From positions 1-41,240 of the forward strand of contig JBKJOZ010000133.1 of NCBI GenBank assembly GCA_046595315.1: DNA of 41,240 bases, in the 5' to 3' direction. A model generated the notes under the pieces. That model did not search any database and was not told the origin of the DNA. It saw only the letters and a program-made list of their open reading frames with translations. The first letter of the stretch is position 1, and each line of letters starts with the position of its first letter. Of this stretch, positions 25,847-37,400 are shown piece by piece. Position numbers and translations under genes: made by a program. This DNA comes from Limisphaerales bacterium. Lineage in GTDB: Bacteria; Verrucomicrobiota; Verrucomicrobiia; Limisphaerales; CANJXF01.

Positions 25847-27085
25847 TTATTCAGGCGAATACGAATTCAAAAGTCGAGGGCGCCGTTCGTGCAACGGCAA
25901 CCAGATACGAAACATCGTGCCTTGGCGGGCGTTGCTTTCCAGTTCAATTCGTCCGCCGTGTTCGCGCACGATTCGTTGCACAATCATCAAGCCGAGACCA
26001 GTTCCCTTCGCTTTCGTGGTAAAAAATGGCTCAAAAATCCGGTTCAATTGTTCCTGTGCAATTCCACCGCCGGTGTCGGAAACGCTGACCCAAACTCCGT
26101 CGCTGCCTTCGCCTGTTTGCAAGGTGAGCGTGCCGCCCTTGGTCATGGCCTGCACCGCATTTTTTATTAGATTTACGAGAGCTTGCTGAATTTGCCCCGC
26201 GTCGATCGGCGACGTCGGCATTCGGTTTGCGAGCAGTTCCTTCACGTCCAACCCGCGATTCTCAATTTCCGGGCGCAACAATTCAATGGCTTCGCGCACG
26301 ACGTCATTGAGTGAAGCGAGCGCGAGCTTCGGTTGCGTCGGGCGAATGGCTTGGAGAAATTGGGTGATAATATAATCGAGGCGCGAAATTTCCCCTTTCG
26401 CCACATCGAGATATTTTTCGATGCGATCCATGCTTTCCTCGCGACCGGAGGCTGAATTTTTTGGCGCGCGTTTGGAAAAACGCGGCTCCGGCGAATCGCC
26501 ATGGGATCCCCGCAGTTTGTTCATTTCCCGAGTCATCAATTGCAGGTGAATGTGCAGCGCGTTGAGGGGATTTCCAATTTCATGCGCGACGCTGGCCGCG
26601 AGCAAGGTCAACGAATGCAACCGCTCGCTTTCGATGGCTTCAAATGTTTTTTGACGCTGCTCGGTGGCGTCGTGCAAAATCAGCGCGACGCCAGAACCGC
26701 CCGCCCCTTCTCCATCCAGCGGCGCGACGTAAAGCCGGAAAAATTTTGAGCTCGGATAACTAATTTCAAACTCGTGGCGAACGACCCGTTGCCCCTTTTT
26801 TGCGTGCAGCAGTTCATCCCAGTTGAGTTGCGGCAGGCAGTGCGCAATGGGTTTGCCTTCGGCAATTTCATCGCAACCAATTAAAATTCGCGAGACGGCT
26901 TGATTGAAATAAATGATGCGGCCTTTTTCATCCACCACGAGCACGCCGTCTTCAATCGTGTTAAAAAGCGTCTCGAGAAAACTGCGTTCGCGCGCGAGAC
27001 GTTGCACCACCGTCTGCAACCCTTCGGCGTCCAGTCGCCCGATGCGCCCAAGAACCTTGTCGAGAAAGCTGGATTTAGGAGGCAT
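25847..27085 (-). CDS. Cytoplasmic PAS-domain sensor histidine kinase
   Basis: No TM helix; PAS (DGVLVVDEKGRIIYFNQA), H-box AHEIGNPL, NLIKNA, DTGGG, FEPFFTTK, GTGLGL. Confidence 0.93.
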   Translation of the reverse strand: MPPKSSFLDKVLGRIGRLDAEGLQTVVQRLARERSFLETLFNTIEDGVLVVDEKGRIIYFNQAVSRILIGCDEIAEGKPIAHCLPQLNWDELLHAKKGQRVVRHEFEISYPSSKFFRLYVAPLDGEGAGGSGVALILHDATEQRQKTFEAIESERLHSLTLLAASVAHEIGNPLNALHIHLQLMTREMNKLRGSHGDSPEPRFSKRAPKNSASGREESMDRIEKYLDVAKGEISRLDYIITQFLQAIRPTQPKLALASLNDVVREAIELLRPEIENRGLDVKELLANRMPTSPIDAGQIQQALVNLIKNAVQAMTKGGTLTLQTGEGSDGVWVSVSDTGGGIAQEQLNRIFEPFFTTKAKGTGLGLMIVQRIVREHGGRIELESNARQGTMFRIWLPLHERRPRLLNSYSPE

Positions 27086-27183
27086 AGGTCAAGCGGCAGA
27101 AGTCAAAAAGCAGGCAAAATTCCCCCTCGCGAAGTATCGGATTTTCTCCTGACTCCGGACACTGATCTCCACGCTTCTGTTTT

Positions 27184-28182
27184 TCAAAACCATTTTCGTT
27201 TTTTGAAATACCAATAAGTCGCCGCCGTGCTCACCGCCGTAATCCCAATGGCCAGTGGGTAGGCGTGGGCCCATTCCAGCTCCGGCATGTGTTTAAAATT
27301 CATCCCGTACCATGTGCCAATCATCATGATGGGAGTGGTAATCACGGTGATCAACGTCAGCAATTTTACAACTTCACCCGTCTGATTGGAGGACATGTTC
27401 AAATAAACCTGCAAAATCGCCGTGAGTGAATCGGTGTAATTTTGCGCCAGCTCGGAGATGTGAAATAAACCGTCATAAACATCGCGGTAATACGGAACCA
27501 AATGGGCGCGGACTAATTTAAACTCTCCGCGCGCAAATCGCGCCAGCACTTCGCTTTGCGGGCGAATGATTTGCCGCAAGTGCAGCACCTCTTTCTTGAT
27601 TTGCAGAATTCGATTCAGCGTTTCTGTGCTCGGGTCTTGCAAGGCTTGCTGCTCCACTTCCGCGATCTCCAGCGAGAGTTCATCGAGCGCCGGTTTGTAG
27701 TTTTCCACAATGGCGTCGAGCAGCGTGTGCGCGACGCGATCGGGCGCCCGCGCGACATGCATCGTTCCCTTCATGCACCGTTCTTCCGTGGCTTGAATAC
27801 TGCGCAATGGAACGTCGTGGTAAGTGACCAGAAAATTTTTACCGAGAAAAAAATTCAGCTCGCTCGTCGCGAACACGCCATCTTTACGGCTGTAATCCAC
27901 CGCGTGAATCACCATGAAAAGATATTGAGCGAATTGATCGTTTTCTTTCGGATAATACTCTTCAACTTTGGGCGAAGGGCTGACCGCGACACAGTCTTCA
28001 ATCGACAATGGATGAAAATGAAAAACGTCTTCGAGCAAAAAATTATATTCCTCCGGCGTTGGTTTTTCTAAATCAACCCAGAGGAATAAATTCGTGTCGG
28101 CCAAAAGCGTCGGCATCAAAAACAGGTCGATGTTTTTGCTGTGCAGCTTGCCCTGCGTGGTGAAAACAAACGAACGAATCAT
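27184..28182 (-). CDS. corA: CorA-family Mg2+/Co2+ transporter
   Basis: LWVDL, FHFHPLSIEDC, PKVEEY, YYRDVYD, WYGMNF..MPEL and two C-terminal TM helices. Start ATG at 28182. Confidence 0.92.
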   Translation of the reverse strand: MIRSFVFTTQGKLHSKNIDLFLMPTLLADTNLFLWVDLEKPTPEEYNFLLEDVFHFHPLSIEDCVAVSPSPKVEEYYPKENDQFAQYLFMVIHAVDYSRKDGVFATSELNFFLGKNFLVTYHDVPLRSIQATEERCMKGTMHVARAPDRVAHTLLDAIVENYKPALDELSLEIAEVEQQALQDPSTETLNRILQIKKEVLHLRQIIRPQSEVLARFARGEFKLVRAHLVPYYRDVYDGLFHISELAQNYTDSLTAILQVYLNMSSNQTGEVVKLLTLITVITTPIMMIGTWYGMNFKHMPELEWAHAYPLAIGITAVSTAATYWYFKKRKWF

Positions 28183-28341
28183 GCGCAATTTTTTGACCGT
28201 AAATTCTGGCGCGCATCTTAGGCGGAAGATGTTTCGACGCAAGCGCGGTTTGGAAAATCAAACGATCAGCGCCCCGCTGAAAACCAGAATTGCATTCCTG
28301 CCCTGAATCCCAAATGCTCCGCGCAAATCCAAATTCTGCGC

Positions 28342-29190
28342 ATGAAAAAAATCTCACGAAAATTATTTATTGGTTTGGTTTCGATCGCTGCTTTGCTCGT
28401 CACCACTTCCTGCACTTGCCCGTGCTTCGCAAAATCGTCAAAGAGAATTCTCGTCGTCACGGTCACGACTGGTTTCCCGCATAGTTCGATTCCGACCGCT
28501 GAGAAAATCTTGACCGAACTTGGCGCGAAGTCCGGGGCTTTTACCGTCGCAGACATTGTGCGCAGTGGGCCGCGTCCCTCTGACAAAGCGCAGGAAACCG
28601 CATGGATGGAAAAACTTACCCGCGATCTGGCGGAAAAAATGTCTGCTGATGAGCTCGATAATTACGACGGAATTATTTTCGCGAACACGACGGGCGATTT
28701 GCCTTTGCCGGACAAGGCCGCGTTTTTGAAATGGATTGAGCGTGGTCACGCATTCATCGGCATGCATTCGGCGACCGACACTTTTCGCGGTCACACGCCG
28801 CTGGACCCGTATGTGGAAATGATCGGTGGCGAATTCAAAGGTCACGGCGCGCAAGTCGAAGTCACCTGCCTCAATCAAGATCCGAAACATCCGGCCTGCA
28901 AACATTTCGGACCGACGTTCGCGGTGAAAGACGAGATTTACCTTTTGAACGGATTCAACCGCGCGAAAGTTCACGGCTTGCTCGCGCTCGACAAACAACC
29001 GAACAGCGGCGAACCCGGTGATTATCCGATTGCCTGGTGCAAAAAATACGGCAAAGGAAATGTCTTTTATACCTCACTCGGCCATCGCGAAGATGTTTGG
29101 GAAAGTGAGCCGTATCAAAAACATATTTTGGGCGGAATCAAATGGGCGCTCGGCCTCGAAAAAGGCGACGCGACTCCGCAAACAAAATAA
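28342..29190 (+). CDS. Secreted ThuA-domain (trehalose utilisation-like, class I glutamine amidotransferase-like fold) protein
   Basis: Signal peptide; TTGFPHSSI, FANTTG, FIGMHSATDT, GGEF..H, DEIY, PIAW..YGKGNVFYTSLGH. Confidence 0.85.
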   Translation: MKKISRKLFIGLVSIAALLVTTSCTCPCFAKSSKRILVVTVTTGFPHSSIPTAEKILTELGAKSGAFTVADIVRSGPRPSDKAQETAWMEKLTRDLAEKMSADELDNYDGIIFANTTGDLPLPDKAAFLKWIERGHAFIGMHSATDTFRGHTPLDPYVEMIGGEFKGHGAQVEVTCLNQDPKHPACKHFGPTFAVKDEIYLLNGFNRAKVHGLLALDKQPNSGEPGDYPIAWCKKYGKGNVFYTSLGHREDVWESEPYQKHILGGIKWALGLEKGDATPQTK

Positions 29191-29218
29191 GCAGCGCGGT
29201 CGTTTTGATTTGGGAAAT

Positions 29219-31957
29219 TCAGGACCGTTTCTTGTGCCCATTGCTTTTGGGTAATTCCACCCAAAATCGGCAACCGGAGCCGGGGGCGGCTTCGACTCCG
29301 ACATGGCCACCCATTTTCTCAACCCCCCGCTGGACGATGGCCAGTCCAATGCCGGTGCCGGGATATTCTTCGTTGCTGTGGAGCCGCTGGAAGGCGCCGA
29401 AGATTTTCAGGCGATTTTCCGGGGCAATGCCGATGCCGTTATCTTCCACGCAAAGCCGAACGTTGTCTTCGTGTTCCTCGGCGTAAATATGAATCTGGGG
29501 GATTCGTTCTGGCGGAACAAATTTAAAGGCGTTGGAAATCAGGTTTTCAAGGATTTGATCGAGGACAGGCGCATCGGCGCTGACCAGGGGCAACGGTTTG
29601 TCCACCTGCACGGCGACATGACGGTTTTCAATTTCTGCGGCGTTTCGGGCAAGGACTTTGTCAATTTCGGTGGTGAGATCAACTGATTGAATCGGAAGTT
29701 GAATGTGTGAGAGCCGACCGTAAGTGAGCAGATCGGAAATGAGCTGGTTCATTTTGACAGCGGCGTCATCAATGCGCTTGCAGTAATCCAGGGCGGTGCG
29801 GTCCAGACGCGGGGCGTATTCGTCGGCCAGCAGTCCGACGAAGCCACTCATGGCACGAAGAGGGGCTCGCAGATCGTGGGCAATGGCGTAGAGAAAAGTT
29901 TCCATGTCGCTCAGCGATTTTTGCAATTCGCCAGTGCGCAGGGCCACGCGCTCTTCCAGTCGCAGCGCGTGAGTTTCCAACTGTTCCTTGGCGCGAACCA
30001 GCGCTTTTTCGGCACGTCTGCGGGCGGTAACGTCGCGAAAGCTCCAGACGCGGCCCACAATCTGATGATTGATGCGATGGGCTTGGGAATACCGCTCAAA
30101 CACGCAGCCATCTTTAAATCGAAGTTCGTCGCGGGCTTCGGCTTCGGAGCGCATCAGTTCGTAAACTTTCTGAAGGAAAACTTCGGGCTGTTCGAGTTGA
30201 TCCAGAACACAGCGGAGGAGAGACTCATCATCTTTGCGGTCAAGAATGGCGGGCGGAATGCGCCACATGGCGGCAAATTTCTGGTTGTGAGCGACGACTT
30301 TGCCAGCGAGATCCACGACCAGAATCCCGTCCTCGGTCGATTCCAAAATAGTGCGAAAAAGAGAGACGGCTCGTTGGAGTTTTTCGTCAGCGAGTTTGTG
30401 CTCGGTAATATCCAAGGTGACGCCGATAAAGATGTCACCCAAATCCGCGTGTTCAGACAAAAACCGGCCTTTGGCCCAAATCCAATGAATGGATTTGTCG
30501 GGCCAGATGACACGGTATTCGAGGTCGAGGAATGAGCGGTCGCGCATGGAGCCATAACAAAAATCTTTTACCCGATCTGCGTCCTCAGGGTGCAGGCAAG
30601 AGAGAAATTTTTCGAGACTGGCCCCGCTGTCACCGGCATAGCCGAGGTGACGACGGGCAATGGCCGACCACTCTTGATTGCCGGTGGCGAGATTCCAGTG
30701 CCAGAGGCCAATGTCCGCCGATTCCGTGGCCAAGCGCAGACGCTCTTCGCTTTCACGGAAATTTTTTTCGGTTTCTTTCCGCGCGGTGATGTCGGCGACG
30801 ATGGCAGTGCAGGTCAGAGGATTACCGGCTTCATCCCGGAGAAAGGAAGCCGTGACGTGTGACCAGATCACGCTTCCATCTTTGCAAACGCAGCGTTTTT
30901 CACCTTGGATCACGGGGATTTCACCCGTCATCAGCCGACGAAAATCTTCCGCATCTTGCAGACGGTCTTCGGGCATTCTGAGATCTGCAAACGTGCGGGT
31001 GTGAAGTTCAGCCAAAGAATACTCGACGATTTTGCAGAATTTTTCGTTGGCATTGAGGAATCTGCCGGAGAGATCAATCTCCGCAATCCCCACGGCGGCG
31101 GATTCAAAAATTTTCCGATAACGCCATTCGCTCTGATGCAAGGCTTCCTCAGCCTGCTGGTGCTCCGTGTTGTCGCGGGCAATTTTCAGATAGCCAATGA
31201 GTTCGCCGAATTCGTTACACTTGGCGCAGGTGACGCCGTTGATGCAGATCCGTCGATTGCCTTTGGCCAGATGCCAGCGGTCATCGGCGCAGGATTTGTT
31301 TTCGCGGGCTTTGCGAAGTTCCTCCTCTGGATAATTGATGGCGCGGTCTTCGGGCGTGAAAATCTCGCTGCAATGCTGGCCAAGAATTTCTTCTTTGCTG
31401 TAACCAAAAACCCGCTCGGCCCCTTCGTTCCAATCGTTAATGTTGCCATTGAGATCGTAGGAAAGAATTGCGACGCCATGGGCATTTTCGAAAATAAGAC
31501 GCAGACGTTCCTCACGTTCGCGCAGCAATTGCTCCGCTTCCTGACGGCGTTCCATTTCGCGCTGCAATTCCTCGGCGCGATTCAGATTGTGGCGAGATTC
31601 ATCGACGACACGTTGTTGTTCTCGCCGAAGGGCGTTGACCAAATGAACCACCACCAATGACGCAAATAAAAAAATCGCACTTGAAACGCCATCAATCAGA
31701 CTTGGAACAGTCCAATGATTAAACGGTCTGGTGAAAAAATAATTCCCCAGGAGCAATGAAGCGACGCTGGCGATGAACGCCGGGCCAATCCCGCCGTACC
31801 ACGCAGCCACCATAATCGCAGGTGTGAAAAGAGCGAAGGCAACGTAATCGCCCAGAATCGGCGTCAGAAAAAATCGAAACAGAAAGGCCAAGGCCACGCC
31901 AACGGCAGCCACGCCATAACGTTTAAAAGCCGGAACCTCGTTTTCGGTTCCGGACAC
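29219..31957 (-). CDS. Multi-PAS sensor histidine kinase with an N-terminal DUF4118-like membrane domain
   Basis: Four TM helices (AAWYGGIGP), four PAS/PAC units, H-box IAHDLRAPLR, NLISNAFKF, DNGIGI, FQRLH, GTGIGLAIV. GTG start. Confidence 0.92.
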   Translation of the reverse strand: MSGTENEVPAFKRYGVAAVGVALAFLFRFFLTPILGDYVAFALFTPAIMVAAWYGGIGPAFIASVASLLLGNYFFTRPFNHWTVPSLIDGVSSAIFLFASLVVVHLVNALRREQQRVVDESRHNLNRAEELQREMERRQEAEQLLREREERLRLIFENAHGVAILSYDLNGNINDWNEGAERVFGYSKEEILGQHCSEIFTPEDRAINYPEEELRKARENKSCADDRWHLAKGNRRICINGVTCAKCNEFGELIGYLKIARDNTEHQQAEEALHQSEWRYRKIFESAAVGIAEIDLSGRFLNANEKFCKIVEYSLAELHTRTFADLRMPEDRLQDAEDFRRLMTGEIPVIQGEKRCVCKDGSVIWSHVTASFLRDEAGNPLTCTAIVADITARKETEKNFRESEERLRLATESADIGLWHWNLATGNQEWSAIARRHLGYAGDSGASLEKFLSCLHPEDADRVKDFCYGSMRDRSFLDLEYRVIWPDKSIHWIWAKGRFLSEHADLGDIFIGVTLDITEHKLADEKLQRAVSLFRTILESTEDGILVVDLAGKVVAHNQKFAAMWRIPPAILDRKDDESLLRCVLDQLEQPEVFLQKVYELMRSEAEARDELRFKDGCVFERYSQAHRINHQIVGRVWSFRDVTARRRAEKALVRAKEQLETHALRLEERVALRTGELQKSLSDMETFLYAIAHDLRAPLRAMSGFVGLLADEYAPRLDRTALDYCKRIDDAAVKMNQLISDLLTYGRLSHIQLPIQSVDLTTEIDKVLARNAAEIENRHVAVQVDKPLPLVSADAPVLDQILENLISNAFKFVPPERIPQIHIYAEEHEDNVRLCVEDNGIGIAPENRLKIFGAFQRLHSNEEYPGTGIGLAIVQRGVEKMGGHVGVEAAPGSGCRFWVELPKSNGHKKRS

Positions 31958-32140
31958 TTCCAGGAAAAACGGCCCGCGCCTTGGTAGAGACTGCTTTGAA
32001 ACCGCTTTTTTTATATTTTACCCCCCTTTAATTCAGCGCCCCGAAAATTAGCTCACGAGAACTGGCTGTAGATTAATAACAATCCGTTTTCGCGTTTTTT
32101 CAAACCGGCGAAGAGGATTTTTTTGCGCCGAGGGGAACCC

Positions 32141-34480
32141 TTAGTCGAACTTGTTTTCTATTTTGAAATCCAACCCATCGCGCACCGCGCTGAGCAGTTT
32201 TTGGGGCGAATACGGTTTAGGCAGAAAGCTCACTTCGTTGCCCAATTCCGCTTCCAACCCGTCTTTGTCCGGATCGTAGCCGCTGGTAAAAACTGTGGCC
32301 AGATGCGGGCGCTCCAGCCGCAACCGGCCGGCCAGATCCCGTCCCGAAATTCCGTCCGGCATGACAATGTCCGTGAGCAACAAACTAATTTCTGCATGAT
32401 GATTTTTCCAAACCGATAAAGCCTCCACGCCAGAACTGGCTTCCAGCACGTGATAACCACTCTGCCGGAGAATTGTCCTGGCCAGACTGCGCACCGCCGC
32501 TTCATCTTCCACCAACAAAATTGTTTCCGTGCCGCCGACGATTTTCTGTTCGGGATTTCGCGAGAGTGCAGGGGGTGCGCCGCTCGCCGAACGGGGTAGA
32601 AAAATTTTAAAGATTGTCCCCACCTCCAGTTGACTCATCACTTCAATCCAGCCCTGATGCTGCGCAACGATGCCGTGGATGGTGGCCAATCCCAACCCCG
32701 TTCCCTCGCCCACTTTTTTGGTGGTGAAAAACGGCTCAAAAATATGCGCCAAATTTTCCGGCGTGATCCCACAACCGGTGTCGCTCACCGAGAGGCAAAT
32801 AAATTCTCCCAACTGCGCGTCAGCGTGGCGGCGCAGATCCGTTTCGGTGACGGTGACGACGTTGGTATTGATATCCAATTTACCGCCCTTCGGCATGGCG
32901 TCGCGGGCATTGACCGTGAGATTCATCAAAACTTGCCCCATGCTGTCTTCGTCGGCATGAACCAAGGTCGTCTCCGGGCAATAGTCGAACTGCAAACAAA
33001 TATCCTCGCCAATGATGCGCTGGAGCATGCGGGCCATATTCGCGATCACCTTGTTCAAATTTAGCTCAGCCATCTGCATCACTTGCTTGCGGCTGAAGGT
33101 CAACAACTGGCCGGTCAAGCTGGTCGCTCGTTGCGCCGCCATCGTGATTTGGCGAAGGCCATCCAACGCGCTCGCATCGAGATTTTCTTTCATCCCGACG
33201 ATCTGGGCGTAACCGAGAATAACGGTGAGAATATTGTTAAAATCATGCGCCACGCCGCCGGCCAGATAACCAATCGCATCCATCTTTTGCGAATGACGTA
33301 ATTGTTCCTCCAGTTTTTTGCGTTCGAGCGATTGCCCGATCAAACTTCCCAAGGTGGTGAACAGGTCGCGGATGTCGTTTTCGGGCTGGCGAATTTTTCC
33401 GCTGAGAAATGAAATGACGCCCAGGATTTCTCCCTGCAAACGAATGGGAAATGCAAATCCGTCCACCAATCCGGCTTCCGTCGCAAATTCAGAGCGCGAA
33501 AATTGTTCATTCTCGGCCAGATTAGAAACCCAAATCGGCTGTCCACTTTCCCAGACGTGCCCGGGCAATCCAACGTTCCGGGCAAAAACGGTATGCTGGC
33601 TCACGGTTTTAAATTCAGAAAATCGCGGACCGGGCCGATGCCAAAGAGCGGCGGAACGCAAGAGATTCACATTTCGATCCACCGCCCAAAGTTCGCCCAC
33701 GTCCCAGCCCATTCCTTCGCAGATGATTTGGAGAATTCTCGTCGCCACCTCTCCCGAGGAAGTCGTGGAATCTGCCAGCACGTGGGTCACGTCATGTTGC
33801 AAGGTCAGGCAATGCTCGCGGCGAATGCGTTGCGTAATTTCATGTTCAAGATTTTTATTAGCCGCTTCGAGATGAGCGGTGCGCTCTGCCACTAACTGCT
33901 CCAATTCAACCATGGTGCGGCGCGTCTGTTGCAGGAGATTCCATTTTTCCGTCAAGGCATTGGCCAATTGCAGAACTTCCACCGTGTCGAATGGTTTCTT
34001 GAGGATGACGAGCCGGTCGGAATTGCCAATTTTGGCGATCATGTCGTCCCACGAATAATCGGAGTAAGCCGTGCAAATCACGATCTGCAAATCCGGATCG
34101 GCTTCCCAGAGTTTTTGGGTGGTTTCAATTCCATCCCAGCCGGGCGGCATCCGAACATCCACGAACGCCATGGAATAACGCCGCTTTTGCCGGACCGCTT
34201 CTTCGACCAGCGCGAGGGCTTCCTTACCCTGAAATGCGGAATCAAGGTCAAATTTTTTCCCAAAAGAAACTTCCTTCGCTTCACCAAACAACGCGACTTC
34301 GGCTGCGTCCATCGCGCTGCCATTTTCGCGCGTCACCAAAATTTTCCGAAAATCGTCGTGAATGGCTTTGGTGTCATCCACAACTAAAATTCGGGCGTTG
34401 ACGCTGGCATGGACGCCACTGGCGGGGGCAGGTTCTTGCCCCGCTGCGGCGAGTTCATTTTTTACGCTTGGAGCTGTCAT
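32141..34480 (-). CDS. Hybrid sensor kinase REC-GAF-HisKA-HATPase-REC
   Basis: RILVVDD...DVRMPPGWDG..CTAYSD; GAF (GLPGHVWESG); AGGVAHDFNNIL; NARDAM; GTGLGL; C-terminal REC (LLVEDE, TDIVMP, KP). Start ATG at 34480. Confidence 0.92.
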   Translation of the reverse strand: MTAPSVKNELAAAGQEPAPASGVHASVNARILVVDDTKAIHDDFRKILVTRENGSAMDAAEVALFGEAKEVSFGKKFDLDSAFQGKEALALVEEAVRQKRRYSMAFVDVRMPPGWDGIETTQKLWEADPDLQIVICTAYSDYSWDDMIAKIGNSDRLVILKKPFDTVEVLQLANALTEKWNLLQQTRRTMVELEQLVAERTAHLEAANKNLEHEITQRIRREHCLTLQHDVTHVLADSTTSSGEVATRILQIICEGMGWDVGELWAVDRNVNLLRSAALWHRPGPRFSEFKTVSQHTVFARNVGLPGHVWESGQPIWVSNLAENEQFSRSEFATEAGLVDGFAFPIRLQGEILGVISFLSGKIRQPENDIRDLFTTLGSLIGQSLERKKLEEQLRHSQKMDAIGYLAGGVAHDFNNILTVILGYAQIVGMKENLDASALDGLRQITMAAQRATSLTGQLLTFSRKQVMQMAELNLNKVIANMARMLQRIIGEDICLQFDYCPETTLVHADEDSMGQVLMNLTVNARDAMPKGGKLDINTNVVTVTETDLRRHADAQLGEFICLSVSDTGCGITPENLAHIFEPFFTTKKVGEGTGLGLATIHGIVAQHQGWIEVMSQLEVGTIFKIFLPRSASGAPPALSRNPEQKIVGGTETILLVEDEAAVRSLARTILRQSGYHVLEASSGVEALSVWKNHHAEISLLLTDIVMPDGISGRDLAGRLRLERPHLATVFTSGYDPDKDGLEAELGNEVSFLPKPYSPQKLLSAVRDGLDFKIENKFD

Positions 34481-34484
34481 AAAT

Positions 34485-37400
34485 TTACAGGTCGATTCTT
34501 TGATAAGGTAATTCCAAAGTGAAAACAGCTCCTTTGCCGATCCCCTCACTTTGAGCAAGCAATGCGCCACCCATTTCCTTGGCCGCCAACGCCCCGCTGT
34601 GCAGGCCAAATCCGTGCCCATTTTGGCGCGTGGTAAAGCCGTGCGCAAAGATGCGCGTCAAATTTTCGGCAGGAATTCCGACTCCATTATCCGAGACGGA
34701 AATGCGGACTGTATTTTGATTTGGTTGATCAATCCTCAAACGCAATTCCTTGTCCTCCGCTCCCCGGTCATCGAGCGCATGCTTGGAGTTGCGCATGAGG
34801 TTGACCAGAATTTGCAGCACCTTGTGTTTCTCCACGAGGATGGGCGGCACTTTGGAAAATTCGCGAATGATGCGGACGCCGTGTCGCTCTAATCCGCCCG
34901 CGTTCATGCGCACGGCGTCCTCGACGAGGTCCACCACCTGTAACATTTCTGAAATCCCTGAAACTTTGGCGTAGCTCTGCTGCATGGTCACGATCTCCTT
35001 GATGTGTTCAATGTTACTCACTAATGAGCTAACTTCCTCTAAAACTTCCTGCTGCTCACACACCAAGTGTTGGGAAAGTTGCGCTAGGTAATCAGGCAAT
35101 TGCCTACTGCGAGCATCCTTGGCAAAAAACGCCGGCAAATCCTTGGCGTGCTCGTCAAAAATCGTCACCACTTTGCCGAGATTCGACACCTTCGATTTTT
35201 TGATTTTTTCGCGAATCAACGAGCTGGAAACATTCACGCTGTTCAACACGTTGCCCACATTATGCAGCACGCTCGTCGCGACCTCGGCCATGCCCGCCTG
35301 GCGTGACGTGTCCAGAAGTTGCGTGTGCAGAGTGGTCAATTCTGCCTCAGCTTGTTTGCGCTGGGTAATGTCGCGGAAAATACTTAAGAGCAAAGGTGGC
35401 TGTCCCGGCAAATGCAGAATCGAATTAGATAATTCAAACCAGATTTTCCGACCGTCCCATAGCGAAACTTCTTTTTCCAAATGCAATTTGAAGCTGTTGG
35501 TTTCAATTTGTTCCTTGTGCCGGGCAAGGACGCGCTCGGCATTTTCCGAGCTGTGAATAATTGAAAGCGGTTGACCTTCCAGTTCCTGCCTGGTCTTGCC
35601 TACCATTTGACAATAAGCCTCGTTCACGGTCAGCACGTTCCCTGCGCGATCCGCCAATCTCATGCCGTCAGCCGAGGCGTTCCACACCAACCGGAATTGC
35701 GATTCGGATTTTCGACGCGCCTCTTCCGCCCAAATTCGCTCGAAAGCCCCGCCGCATTGGTTGGCCAAAATTTCAAACGTCTTTAAATCCTGCTCGGTAT
35801 AAGCTTTGGGCGTGTAGCTTTGGGCGGAAAAAATTCCCACCGCACGACCCGCACTCAGAATGGGAGCGAACATAATCGACGCCGATGGACGCGATTTATT
35901 TCCAAAGGGAACCGCGCCGAGCAACATTGCCTCAGGATTATCGCGCAAAATTAATTCAGCGCCCGTGGTGAGAATACGTCGATAAAGCGCCGTCGGCTCC
36001 CGCCCGGCGCTGCTTTGTTCGACGACCCGGTGGCCATCTACCGTATCCACAATGAACTCGGAATAAATTTCGTCCTTCTCCACATCATACAACTTCAGCC
36101 AGAACGCATCCCAACCAAACAAGACGTTCACTACTTCGCCAATCACATCGGCCGCCTCTTTCATCGAGGTGGCTGAACTCAAATTCTGACCCAGTTTCGA
36201 AAATGCGATGGCCGAAATTTCCGCCTGCTTGCGTTCGGTAATGTCTTGGAGAATCCCCATTGACCCCGTGGGGACGCCATTCTCGTCCAGATTTTGCACC
36301 GAAGCATCTGAAATCCAGCGTGACTTCCCCGCCTTCGTCACGACGCGCATATCGCAACGCCACTGCCGGACATCCCCCTCCGCCACGCGCCGGGCGGCCT
36401 CGGCCTTGTCCAACCCTGCCGCTTCGCCCCCCATGATCGATTCACGGATGATTTGTTTCCAAAGCGCGCCTGTGATTTCCTGCGGAGCATATCCGATCAA
36501 GTGTTCGATCCCTTCGCCCATGAACAAATACGTTTTCGTTTTGTAATCATACGAATACGGCACCGCTCCTGCCCCGCCGATGGCGCGGCGATAAAGCTCC
36601 TCGGTGCGCCACAACAATTCTTCCGATCGTTTACGCTCCGTGATGTCCTGGATCTGAGAAATGAAATTCACAGGCTTGCCATGTGCATCGCGAATCAAAG
36701 AAACTCCCAACAACGCCCAAACCAGATGCCCAGCCTTGTGAAAATAGCGTTTCTCCATGTGGTAAAAACGAATTTCGCCTTCTAAAATCTGGCGCACATT
36801 CTCCAAATCACTATTCAAATCATCAGGATGCGTGAGGTCTTGGAAGGTTTTGCGACTCAATTCTTCCGCTGAATAGCCGAGCATGGCGCACAACGTCTTG
36901 TTCACTTTGAGCCAGCGCCCATCCAGTCCGACCATCGCCATGCCGATGGCCGCGTGTTCAAATGCATTGGAAAAACGTTCCTCGCTGGAGCGCAAATCCC
37001 GTGTCCGCTTTTCAACTCGCAACTCCAGATCGTCTTTGGCTTTTTGCAATTCGCCATCGCGTAATTGAATTTGCGCCAACATTTCGTTGAAATTATCGAC
37101 CAAGCTACCCAGCTCGTCGTCACTCTGTTTGATCGCGCGCAACGAGTAGTTTTTGTCGCGAGCAACCGCCTTCGCCATTGTCACCAAGTGAAGTATTGGA
37201 CTGGAAATCAGTTTTTGAAGCTTCGTCGAAAGGAGGAGCGAAACAAGCGACGCCGCCACGAAAACACAAAAGGCAATCAGGAAATATCGCCTTAGACGCG
37301 AATACAAAGCTTCCAAATCTGACTCGACGTACACGGTGCCGATGAACTCACCCTTATGTTCAATCCGGCGAAAAATGTGCAGCGTATCGCCGTCAAAATA

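Noticed and set aside
27095-27165. Degenerate inverted heptamer-like repeats (CAGAAGT.../TCCTGAC...) between corA and the kinase
   Set aside because: Too degenerate to call with confidence without genome-wide counts.
34481-34648. Long overlap of the hybrid kinase ORF with the upstream kinase
   Set aside because: An artefact of the longest-ORF call; ATG at 34480 removes the overlap and precedes the REC domain.
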